From contig OZ243974.1 of NCBI GenBank assembly GCA_965214775.1, positions 288,001 through 352,000 of the forward strand: a stretch of DNA of 64,000 nt. Reading direction: 5' to 3'. How positions within the stretch are numbered: the stretch's first letter is position 1; every line of letters starts with the position of its first letter. Made by a program: the position numbers and the translations under genes. The DNA comes from Nitrosopumilus sp. (GTDB lineage Archaea; Thermoproteota; Nitrososphaeria; Nitrososphaerales; Nitrosopumilaceae). The notes beneath the pieces were generated by a model. It was not told where the DNA came from and did no database searches. It saw nothing but the letters and a program-made list of their open reading frames with translations. Of the stretch, positions 20,257 to 29,523 are shown piece after piece.

Positions 20257-20781
20257 GTGAGTACGTTTGAGAGGCCCAACTGGGACGAATATTTCATGCT
20301 TCAGGCAGAACTGGCAAAATTAAGATCAAACTGCATGGCAAGGCAAGTTGGCGCAGTCATTGTCAGAAACAACAGGCAGCTGGCAACGGGGTACAACGGA
20401 ACTCCTCCGGGAATTACAAACTGCTTTGATGGCGGATGTGCCAGGTGCAAGCTAAGAATGGAGGGAAAAGTGGAATCCGGGGAATCGTTGGACAGGTGTC
20501 TGTGCAACCATGCCGAGGCAAACGCGATTATGCATTGTGCCATATTAGGAATCGAGGCCGGAATAGACGGCGCGATCCTATACACAACGTTCGTTCCGTG
20601 CCTAGAATGCTCCAAAATGGCAATTACAATCGGAATTAGAAAATTTGTTTGCCTTGACTTGTATCCGGAGACGGACTTTGGTTTGCTTCAGGATGCGGGA
20701 GTGGAGGTTGTTCAGCTAGACAAGGGGAAGATTGCAAGATGGGTAAGAGAACTCGCAAGTAGGCACGAAAAATCTGTGTGA
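20257..20781 (+). CDS. dCMP deaminase
   Basis: RPNWDEYF, TGYNG, HAEANA, PCLEC. Confidence 0.92.
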   Translation: MSTFERPNWDEYFMLQAELAKLRSNCMARQVGAVIVRNNRQLATGYNGTPPGITNCFDGGCARCKLRMEGKVESGESLDRCLCNHAEANAIMHCAILGIEAGIDGAILYTTFVPCLECSKMAITIGIRKFVCLDLYPETDFGLLQDAGVEVVQLDKGKIARWVRELASRHEKSV

Positions 20782-20785
20782 TAAA

Positions 20786-23344
20786 ATGCAAGTCGACATG
20801 GCAGAAACTCCGAAAATTGAAAGCATGCGGCCGTCAATGTTGGTTTCTGCCACATATGACAAGAACTCAAAATCGGCGGTCTTGAAATTTTACGAGCCTG
20901 AATCTCAAAAACTGTTCCTGTGGAAGGACGAGATCGGGCACAAACCGTATTGCTACTCCAGGTTATCGCCCGATGAGATAGATTTTCTTCAAGAAAGAGA
21001 CGACATTTTAGAGATAAAGGCGGTTCAGCGTTATGACCTGATCAGTGACAGGAAAATAGAAATGTCACAGATAATAGCTGCAGACCCCCTAGCAATCGGA
21101 GGGACGGCAGGGGACAAAAGCATCAGAAACATGATGGAGACATGGGAATCAGACATCAAATATTACGAGAACTACCTTTATGACAGAGGACTAATCGTTG
21201 GAAAATACTACAAGGTTGAAGACGGGGGAATAATTCAGCACGATTTAGAAATTTCTGACGAAGTAAAAATCGCTTTGAAGAGTTTGCTATGGGACAAGGT
21301 CGACAGCGAAAAGATGGTAGATGCCGAGGGGTTCAAAAAATTCATTTCAGAATGGGCAGACTTGCTCAATCAGCCAATCCCAAAGATCAAGCGGTTAAGT
21401 GTGGACATCGAAGTCGAAGCCGAGGTTGGAAGAATACCAGACCCCAAAGTGGCAGAAAAAAAAGTTACTGCAATAGGTCTCAAGGGCACTGACGGGTTTG
21501 ATCAGGTTTTCGTCCTCAGAACTACAGACACCAAGGAAGGAGAAAACGAATTGGACAAGGGCATCAAAGTCGTGTTTTATGACGCGGGCAAGGAAAAAGA
21601 GATGATAAGAGATGCGTTTGAAATCATCGAGGGTTTTCCATTCATAGTCACGTACAACGGAGACGAGTTTGATTTGCCATACTTGTTTAACAGAGCCGAA
21701 AGGCTCGGCATTCCAAACTCAGAAAACCCGTTTTACATGATGAGGGATTCGGCGACACTCAAGCAAGGGGTTCATTTGGATTTGTACAGGACTTTATCAA
21801 ACAGATCGTTTCAAATCTACGCATTTAGCCAGAAATACACAGATTTTTCATTAAACAGCGTTTCAAAGGCCCTCCTAGGAAAAGAGAAGATAGACTACGG
21901 CCTGGAGTTTGACGAACTCACGCTGTACCAAACTGCCAACTACTGCTATAATGACGCACTACTAACCTACGAGCTGACCAGTTTCAACGGTGATCTGTTG
22001 ATGAATTTGCTTGTAATCATTGCAAGAATTGCCAGAATGCCAATTGACGATATTGCCAGAATGGGGGTGTCCCAATGGATCAGGAGCCTGCTCTACTATG
22101 AGCACAGGCACAGAAACTGCCTGATTCCAAAACGGGAAGAGCTCCAAAAGAGATCAGAGGGAGTGATGTCTGATGCGGTAATCAAGGACAAAAAATATCG
22201 CGGAGGGCTGGTTGTCGAGCCAAAAGAGGGAATCCATTTCAACGTAGTCGTAATGGACTTTGCAAGCCTGTACCCAAGCATCATCAAGATCAGAAACCTG
22301 TCTTATGAAACCGTAAGATGCCCGCATGAAGAATGCAAAAAGAACGCCATACCCCAAACAAATCACTGGGCGTGCTCTAAAAGAAACGGGCTGACCTCAA
22401 TGATCATCGGATCACTGAGAGATTTGAGAGTAAACTACTACAAGAGCCTGTCCAAAAAAGAGACACTGACAGATGCGCAAAGGCAGCAGTACACAGTTGT
22501 AAGTCAGGCACTCAAGGTCATCCTAAATGCAAGCTATGGCGTTATGGGTGCAGAGATATTTCCCCTGTATTTTCTTCCGGTGGCAGAAGCCACGACGGCA
22601 ATCGGAAGACATACCATCTTGGATACCATCAAAAAATGCGAGACGGCTGGAATCGAGGTCCTGTACGGAGACACGGATTCATTGTTCATCAAGAATCCAA
22701 CAGAAGAACAAATCCAGGCAGTCATTGATCAGGCAAAAAAAGATCACGGCGTTGATTTGGAAATTGACAAGACGTACAGGTATTGCGTATTAAGCAACAG
22801 GAAGAAAAACTATCTAGGAGTCACAAAGTCAGGAAAAGTCGATGTCAAGGGATTGACGGGGAAAAAGTCGCACACCCCTCCATTTATCAGAAAGTTATTC
22901 TATGATTTGCTAGATGTGTTATCCAAAGTCGAGACGATAGAGGATTTCAAAAATGCAAAGGAGGCGATTTCGGCAAAGATTGCAGATTGTGGAAGGAAGG
23001 TGGAGGCAAAAGAGATCCCGCTAGAAGATTTGACGTTTAACGTCATGCTCAGCAAGTCGCCTTCAGAGTATGTAAAGACAATACCCCAGCACATCCGTGC
23101 TGCAAAGCAGCTTGAATCCATAAGAGAAGTCAAAAAAGGGGACAGAATTTCGTTCATCAAGATCCTCAACAAGCCAGGAGTCAGGCCAGTGGAGATGGCA
23201 AAGAAGGAAGAGATCGATTCAAAGAAATACATGGAATTCATGGAGTCAACGCTAGAACAGATAACATCTTCGATGGACTTGGACTTTGATATGATTTTGG
23301 GAAAGCCAAAACAGACAGGCCTGGATGAGTTCTTTTGGAATTAG
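20786..23344 (+). CDS. polB: Family B DNA polymerase (PolB1)
   Basis: DIEV and YNGDEFD exonuclease motifs; DFASLYPS, KVILNASYG, YGDTDS. Confidence 0.97.
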   Translation: MQVDMAETPKIESMRPSMLVSATYDKNSKSAVLKFYEPESQKLFLWKDEIGHKPYCYSRLSPDEIDFLQERDDILEIKAVQRYDLISDRKIEMSQIIAADPLAIGGTAGDKSIRNMMETWESDIKYYENYLYDRGLIVGKYYKVEDGGIIQHDLEISDEVKIALKSLLWDKVDSEKMVDAEGFKKFISEWADLLNQPIPKIKRLSVDIEVEAEVGRIPDPKVAEKKVTAIGLKGTDGFDQVFVLRTTDTKEGENELDKGIKVVFYDAGKEKEMIRDAFEIIEGFPFIVTYNGDEFDLPYLFNRAERLGIPNSENPFYMMRDSATLKQGVHLDLYRTLSNRSFQIYAFSQKYTDFSLNSVSKALLGKEKIDYGLEFDELTLYQTANYCYNDALLTYELTSFNGDLLMNLLVIIARIARMPIDDIARMGVSQWIRSLLYYEHRHRNCLIPKREELQKRSEGVMSDAVIKDKKYRGGLVVEPKEGIHFNVVVMDFASLYPSIIKIRNLSYETVRCPHEECKKNAIPQTNHWACSKRNGLTSMIIGSLRDLRVNYYKSLSKKETLTDAQRQQYTVVSQALKVILNASYGVMGAEIFPLYFLPVAEATTAIGRHTILDTIKKCETAGIEVLYGDTDSLFIKNPTEEQIQAVIDQAKKDHGVDLEIDKTYRYCVLSNRKKNYLGVTKSGKVDVKGLTGKKSHTPPFIRKLFYDLLDVLSKVETIEDFKNAKEAISAKIADCGRKVEAKEIPLEDLTFNVMLSKSPSEYVKTIPQHIRAAKQLESIREVKKGDRISFIKILNKPGVRPVEMAKKEEIDSKKYMEFMESTLEQITSSMDLDFDMILGKPKQTGLDEFFWN

Positions 23345-23351
23345 CATAAAA

Positions 23352-23636
23352 ATGGAGACAGAACCAACGCTGCTAACAATCCTGGGAATCGCCGCAGGAA
23401 TTTTGATTCTGACTGGATGGGTAGAGCAGATCTACAAGGGGTTCAAAACAAAGAGCCTAAAGGACGTATCAAAATTCCTGATGATTTTCATTTCGGCAGG
23501 GGCAATTCTCTGGCTGGTTTATGGGCTGGTTGTAAACGACGTCTTTATCATCGGCACAAACGTTACAGCCATAGTCCTGATGATGATTGTGCTGGGAATG
23601 AAAAGAAAGTATGACAGAAAACTGAAAAAACGGTGA
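23352..23636 (+). CDS. SemiSWEET/PQ-loop membrane protein
   Basis: Three TM helices; QIYKGFKTKSLKDVS and LWLVYG. Confidence 0.8.
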   Translation: METEPTLLTILGIAAGILILTGWVEQIYKGFKTKSLKDVSKFLMIFISAGAILWLVYGLVVNDVFIIGTNVTAIVLMMIVLGMKRKYDRKLKKR

Positions 23637-23752
23637 AAGGTTAATTACAATAGACTTTATGCGTAATCGGTTCAGATCTAGGATTATTACGAACAAATTC
23701 ATCTCATTCAGGTCGATTATGCATAAAGTCTAATCAAAATGGGCCAGAGAAC

Positions 23753-24413
23753 ATGCTGTTTATAATAAACTGTAAAAACTATGAAGAAATCTCGGGTGAA
23801 AAAATCATCAAATTTGTAAAAACCGCAGAAAAGATCTCAAAAAAAATACATGGTAGAAATTGCCATTGCGCCTCCACAGCATCTCACCAAAGTCGTATCA
23901 AAGAGATCAATTTCGATACTTGCACAGCATGTGGATGATTCAAAGGCAGAAAGTACGACGGGATTCATGATTCCAGGGCTGCTAAAAGAATCCAAGGTAA
24001 GCGAATCACTAATCAATCACAGCAAACACAGGGTTGGCCCCAGGACAATTGCAAGGCCAATTCCAAAATTAAGACATCTAAAAATGATTTCAGGATTGTG
24101 CGTAAAAGACGCTGCAGAAGCTAGGAAATATTCAAGACTGAACCCGGATTACATTGCAATTGAGTCTCCGGTGTTGATTGGATCTGGCAGGGCAGTCTCA
24201 AAAGATGCCGGAATTAACCGCAAAGGCGGCAACTGCAACAAAGGATTCAAAAAACAAAACGAGGCTTCTTCGCGGTGCAGGAATAGCATCAGGAGAAGAC
24301 GTAGCCAAGGCAATCGAGTTAGGATCCAAGGGAATACTTGTTGCCAGCAGAATCGTCAAGGCAAGGAAACCGGAACAAGGCAATGTCAGAGCTTGCCAAG
24401 TCAATGGTTTAAT
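23753..24413 (+). pseudogene. tpiA: Triosephosphate isomerase, frameshifted
   Basis: IINCKNY, AQHVD...TG, NHSKHR (normally NHSE), IAIESPVLIGSG, GAGI, GILVAS spread over three frames. Confidence 0.85.
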
Positions 24414-24444
24414 ACCCCCTTTTTTGGACTGGTTAATCGTAAAA

Positions 24445-27111
24445 ATGAAGCCGGTATACGCATTTGAAGAGGCAGATAGCAAAAACAGAATGCTGCTAGG
24501 TGGAAAGGGAGCAGGACTAAGCGAAATGACCAGGCTAAAGCTTCCTGTGCCGCCAGGATTTACAATTACCACGGAGGTTTGCACCATGTATTATGAAAAC
24601 GGCAAAAGACTTCCAAAAGGCGTAATGCCATCAGTCATGAAAAATATCAAAAAGATGGAAAAAAAGACCGGCAAGAGGTGGAATTCGACTGAAAACCCGT
24701 TGCTTGTCTCTGTTCGTTCCGGTGCGGCAATCTCAATGCCGGGAATGATGGATACGATTTTGAACCTGGGATTAAACGAAAAGACGGTAAAAGGGCTATC
24801 AGAGCAGACAAAGAATCCGCGCTTTTCATGGGATTCCTACAGGAGATTCATCCAGTTGTTTGGAAAAGTCGTCTTTGGGGTTGATGACGAAAAATTTGAT
24901 CATGTCCTGGAAGCTGCCAAGGAAAAACAGGGTGTAAAAGACGACAGCCAGCTAAATGTCGAATCGTTAAAGAAGATTGCATCAGAATGCAGAAAAATTT
25001 GTGAAAGGCACACAAGGAGAAAATTCCCGGATTCCCCAGATGAACAGCTGGGATTGGCAATCGAGGCCGTCTTTGAGAGCTGGATGGGGCAAAGGGCAGT
25101 AATTTATCGCGAGAAAAACAACATTACAAAAGACATTGCAGACGGGACTGCCGTCAACGTGGTTGCAATGGTGTTTGGAAACATGGGAGATGACAGTGCC
25201 ACGGGGGTCGTCTTTACCAGAAACGGGCACAACGGCAAAAAGGAGATCGAAGGGGAGTATCTGATTAATGCGCAAGGCGAGGATGTTGTTGCAGGAGTCA
25301 GAACCGGAAAAAACGTTGCGTTGCTAAAAAAAGAGATGCCTGAATCTCACAAGGAGCTAAGCACGGCATGTGCCAAATTAGAGAGGCACTTTAGGGAACC
25401 GCAGGACATTGAGTTTACAATCGAGCAAGGCAGGTTCTACCTGTTGCAGACAAGGACCGCAAAGATGAGCGCAGGAGCGCTGGTAAAGGCATCAGTAGAC
25501 ATGGTAAGAGAGAAGTTAATCGATAAAGACAAGGCGCTTACAAGAATTCCCGCACAGCAATTAGAGGCACTACTGCACAGAACAATGGACGAATCCAAGC
25601 TCAAAAACTTCAAGCAGTTTGCAAAGGGAATTGCTGCATCCCCGGGGGCTGCAAGCGGAGTTGCAGTGTTTGATGTGAAAAAAGCAATCAAGCTGGGAGA
25701 GGCAGGAAAGAAAGTGATTCTGATCAGAAAGGAGACAAAGCCAGAGGATGTTCCCGCATTCTTTTCATCAGAAGGCGTATTGACTAGCTTGGGCGGCAAA
25801 TCGTCTCATGCTGCAATTGTCTCAAGGGGAATGGGCAAGCCGTGTATCGTAGGATGTGCAGAACTAAAAATCGATTATGAAAAGAGCGTTTGTTCTGCAA
25901 ACGGCAAGACAGTAAAAGAAGGACAGACGATTTCAATTAACGGAAGTCTCGGAACCGTATTCATCGGGGAAGTTCCGACAGTAGAGCCAAAAGTAACCAA
26001 AGACTTTGAGCAGATTCTAGACTGGGCACAAAAGGCCAAGGTCCTTGGAATCAGGGCAAATGCAGACACGCCTGAGGCAGCAAGACTTGCAAGAAAGTTT
26101 GGCGGAAGGGGGATCGGATTGTGCAGAACCGAGAGAATGTTCAATGCAAATGACAGAATCGGTCTGTTTGTAGACATGATTATGACCGAAGATTCCAAGC
26201 AAAGGGCCAGAGTGCTAAAGAGACTAGGACAGTTACAAAAAAGGGACTTTAAGCAGATTCTAAAGGCAATGGAGGGGTACGAGGTCACAATCAGATTGCT
26301 TGATCCGCCATTGCATGAATTTTTGCCGAATCCCGAGGAGCTGTCAGAAAAAATTCACAAGCTAAAAGCAAAAAAGGCATCCAAGGAGATCAAAAAGGCA
26401 AAAGCGGTGCTAAAAAGGGCCAGAGAACTTGCCGAAGTCAATCCGATGATGGGCCACAGAGGGGTCAGAGTCGGAGTGACATACCCGGAAATCTACGAGA
26501 TGCAGATTCAAGCAGTCTTTGATGCGCTAGTTGAACTAACAAAGAGAAGGGTAAAGGCACGCCCGCAGATCATGGTTCCGCAGATCAGCAGCATTGCAGA
26601 ACTAGACCACATTAAGAAAATTTATGATTCAGTCAAGGGAGAGACTGAGAAAAAACACAGGATGAAACTAGACATCAACTTTGGAACGATGATCGAGGTG
26701 GTAAGAGCTGCTTTGACGTCAAATGAACTTGCCACGACTGCAGAATTCTTTAGTTTCGGAACAAATGATCTGACTCAAGGAACGTTTAGTTTCAGCAGGG
26801 AGGACGTGGAAGGGAAGTTCCTTCCAGAATACATGGAAAAAGAACTGCTTGAAAAAAACCCGTTCCAGTCAATTGACGTAAACGGTGTGGGCAGCCTCAT
26901 GAGAATCGGCATTGCCAACGGCCGCACAGTAAGAAGGAACATGGAAATTGGCATTTGCGGAGAACATGGAGGAGACCCAGACTCGATAAAGTTCTGTCAC
27001 GAGGCAGAACTGAGCTATGTCAGTGCATCACCACACAGGATTCCGATTGCCATTGTAGCTGCGGCGCAAGCTGCAATAGAGCAGCGGCAACAGCGACGGC
27101 AACACAAGTAA
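24445..27111 (+). CDS. ppdK: Pyruvate, phosphate dikinase
   Basis: LLGGKGAGL, SVRSGA..SMPGMMDT, SHAAIVSR, GLCRTE, SFGTNDL, GICGEHGG; start at ATG 24445. Confidence 0.96.
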   Translation: MKPVYAFEEADSKNRMLLGGKGAGLSEMTRLKLPVPPGFTITTEVCTMYYENGKRLPKGVMPSVMKNIKKMEKKTGKRWNSTENPLLVSVRSGAAISMPGMMDTILNLGLNEKTVKGLSEQTKNPRFSWDSYRRFIQLFGKVVFGVDDEKFDHVLEAAKEKQGVKDDSQLNVESLKKIASECRKICERHTRRKFPDSPDEQLGLAIEAVFESWMGQRAVIYREKNNITKDIADGTAVNVVAMVFGNMGDDSATGVVFTRNGHNGKKEIEGEYLINAQGEDVVAGVRTGKNVALLKKEMPESHKELSTACAKLERHFREPQDIEFTIEQGRFYLLQTRTAKMSAGALVKASVDMVREKLIDKDKALTRIPAQQLEALLHRTMDESKLKNFKQFAKGIAASPGAASGVAVFDVKKAIKLGEAGKKVILIRKETKPEDVPAFFSSEGVLTSLGGKSSHAAIVSRGMGKPCIVGCAELKIDYEKSVCSANGKTVKEGQTISINGSLGTVFIGEVPTVEPKVTKDFEQILDWAQKAKVLGIRANADTPEAARLARKFGGRGIGLCRTERMFNANDRIGLFVDMIMTEDSKQRARVLKRLGQLQKRDFKQILKAMEGYEVTIRLLDPPLHEFLPNPEELSEKIHKLKAKKASKEIKKAKAVLKRARELAEVNPMMGHRGVRVGVTYPEIYEMQIQAVFDALVELTKRRVKARPQIMVPQISSIAELDHIKKIYDSVKGETEKKHRMKLDINFGTMIEVVRAALTSNELATTAEFFSFGTNDLTQGTFSFSREDVEGKFLPEYMEKELLEKNPFQSIDVNGVGSLMRIGIANGRTVRRNMEIGICGEHGGDPDSIKFCHEAELSYVSASPHRIPIAIVAAAQAAIEQRQQRRQHK

Positions 27112-27261
27112 CAGGCAGGACAGCCAGATGAAATGTGCCAGAAAATCGGGCAGAAACAGAAACCAGACAGAGGAGACACGAGGCCCCAACTACAAGACAT
27201 AGACAGCAATTCTTACGTATATTTTGTTTTGATGTAGTGGCAGGGACGCTAGCAATAGACA

Positions 27262-27356
27262 GTATGGCGGCCATTGAAAGTTCTTGGTCATGAAAAAATG
27301 CATCCCTGCATGATTCGTGCCTATGTGTACTCGAGAACTTTTAATCGTCACCATAG
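27262..27356. mobile_element. Degenerate MITE (ATTGAAAGTTCT...AGAACTTTTAAT)
   Basis: Imperfect terminal inverted repeats; relative near 62566-62655. Confidence 0.55.
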
Positions 27357-27538
27357 TAGCAGGAGCAGGCGTAGTCTAAAAGAACGGCCAAGTGAAATGT
27401 AGATGAGGTTTGCTGTTTTGTCCCGATATTGAGGCGTCGTGCCTCCTGCCCAGTTTTGGTTTTACTCGGTTTCAGGATACTTTTCACTTGGCTGAAGAAA
27501 ATAATACATTTTAAAGCCAGCCACCCCAATTCAAAATC

Positions 27539-28096
27539 ATGCTTCCAAGAATAGATTCCATAAAACAAATGCGCCAAAAAATCGGAATCACACAGAAAAA
27601 GCTTGCAACAATGACGGGGGTTAGCACTTCGATGATCAATCAGATAGAGTCAGGCAGAAGTCATCCAAGCTATGATACTGCAAGGAGGGTCTTCGATAGC
27701 CTTGCAAAATTAGAAGGAGAGTCATCATCACATACTGCAGGGGATTTCTGTAGCAGGGGCATTGTAAAGTTAAAACCGTCAAACACGCTGCATGATGCCA
27801 TCAAAAAAATGCACCAGTTATCAATCAGCCAGATCCCGGTTTTTAGCGGTGCAGATGTTGCAGGGGTTGTATCCGAAGACGGGATTGTAAAGCATCTTGC
27901 AGACCTGGGCGAGACAGAACTAAAGAAGGCAAGGCTTGCCGATACCATGGAACCCGTGCCGCCAATTGTGGACTTTGAAACGCCTGCAAATGTGCTAGTT
28001 CCATTAATAAGATATTCAAAGTGCATTCTAGTCTCAAAGAAATCAAAGATTGTAGGAATCATTACGGCTTCGGACACACTAAAGATGATGGAATGA
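27539..28096 (+). CDS. XRE-HTH plus CBS-domain transcriptional regulator
   Basis: ITQKKLA...INQIESGR HTH followed by a CBS pair. Confidence 0.9.
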   Translation: MLPRIDSIKQMRQKIGITQKKLATMTGVSTSMINQIESGRSHPSYDTARRVFDSLAKLEGESSSHTAGDFCSRGIVKLKPSNTLHDAIKKMHQLSISQIPVFSGADVAGVVSEDGIVKHLADLGETELKKARLADTMEPVPPIVDFETPANVLVPLIRYSKCILVSKKSKIVGIITASDTLKMME

Positions 28097-28312
28097 CAGA
28101 CGAATCAGAGGGAGCAAGGATTGATCATCAGAGAAACAAATCAGACATTGTCAATCTGGTCAAAGATGTTCCGGTTGAACAAATGGGGAGACAGAGAATA
28201 CAAGACAAAGCTGCTGGAGGAGGAACTGGTAAAAAAGGACGAGGGACTAATTCAGAAAGCAATAAGAAGAATCAAGCAAGAAAAAGGGCCAGGATGAATT
28301 TTTCAGGCAGGG

Positions 28313-28711
28313 TCACTCTTTAGGATGAGCACACAGTTCTGCCAAAACTCCGTGAAGGGATTTTGGATGAATGAAGGTGACCTTTGTTCCTGCCGAACCA
28401 GGACGGATCTGGCCTAGGAATTGCACCCCGCAGACTTGCATTCTTTTAACTTCGCCCTCAATATTGTCGGTCTCTAATGCTATGTGATGCAGGCCTTGTC
28501 CTTTTTTCTCCAGGAATTTCTTGATTGGACTATTGTCATTTGTGGGCTGCATTAATTCAACACGGCCGTTTTCCAAACGGATAATTGCAACTTTGACACC
28601 TTCGGTTTCGACTGTTTCAAATTCCACGCTATCAGCGCCAAGCGCTTCTTGATAGACTTTGGCAGACTCTTCAACATCGTTTACTGCAATGGCAACATGA
28701 TCAATCTTCAT
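28313..28711 (-). CDS. mce: Methylmalonyl-CoA epimerase
   Basis: IDHVAIAV, GLHHIAL, FIHPKSLHGVLAEL. Confidence 0.92.
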   Translation of the reverse strand: MKIDHVAIAVNDVEESAKVYQEALGADSVEFETVETEGVKVAIIRLENGRVELMQPTNDNSPIKKFLEKKGQGLHHIALETDNIEGEVKRMQVCGVQFLGQIRPGSAGTKVTFIHPKSLHGVLAELCAHPKE

Positions 28712-28859
28712 ATAGAATTCGTCTTTTGTTAGTATAATTTATTGGTTTTATTGGGCACATCCAAGTGGAACGTACCAAAAAATCAAGTAAAAACAGAAAC
28801 AAGACGAGGCATGATGCCTCAGTAACAAGACAAAAAACAATTCTCGTTTACATTTCACT

Positions 28860-28962
28860 TGGCCGTATGACAAGACCAACATCGACAGTTTTTGCGACTT
28901 TCCAGAAAAGGTGCACAAGAAGCTCGGCAAGGTGCTGATATTCGTAGATAACGCATCATACC
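28860..28962 (+). mobile_element. IS630-family transposase remnant
   Basis: Manual translation KVHKKLGKVLIFVDNASY, cut by MITE H. Confidence 0.6.
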
Positions 28963-29185
28963 AAGGTTGTCGCCTAATTCATCAGAAATTTTGAAAGCCA
29001 TACGATGTTGTCCGGATTAGGCGTGCAAAAAGGGAGGAAATTCCGAAAAACGTGTAGATTGAGCCAAACAGGTGGAATTAGGCGGCAACCTCGGTTCTAG
29101 CTGTTACTGCCAAGCGGATTTTTCAGAAATTGGCCGGTTCGGACATGGGGGTTGAACACATGATAAAAAACACGCCCGCCGGAGC

Positions 29186-29315
29186 AGTTTGTTGCATAAC
29201 TTCCTTTTTCGTCAAAAAACTCCTGATTTCGATGAGCCGAAATCAACTGTGGTTTTTATCTGGATTTATCATTTAGGACGAATTCAAGCAAAAAAATCGA
29301 GTTATGCAACAAACT
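29186..29315. mobile_element. MITE with IS5 ends (AGTTTGTTGCATAAC / GTTATGCAACAAACT)
   Basis: Same termini as the IS5 at 182-1532; a lone end also at about 37645-37709. Confidence 0.85.
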
Positions 29316-29354
29316 ACGTCGTAGCCAAGGCGATGGATCAACCCCCCTGGCATG

Positions 29355-29445
29355 GTAAGAGTTTACCCCTCAGGCGACACTGCTGGCCGGAGCCTTGATC
29401 ACCGTGCCTACCACGACGTATTTTCGGGAGGGGGTAAACTCTTAC
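29355..29445. mobile_element. MITE family G (about 91 bp, IS66-derived)
   Basis: TIR GTAnGAGTTTACCC; 8-9 bp TSDs; copies 47246 (outer), 47272-47362, 49041-49132, 61943-62033. Confidence 0.88.
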
Positions 29446-29523
29446 CTGACATGTATCGTAGAGATTATTTTAGTCTCAAATAAATGCAAAATTATATAAA
29501 CTTCTGCACCATATTGATACTAG

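Noticed and set aside
24178-24444. Apparent TPI-PPDK fusion in the 977-aa ORF
   Set aside because: The extension is the tail of the frameshifted tpiA falling in frame; PPDK starts at ATG 24445.
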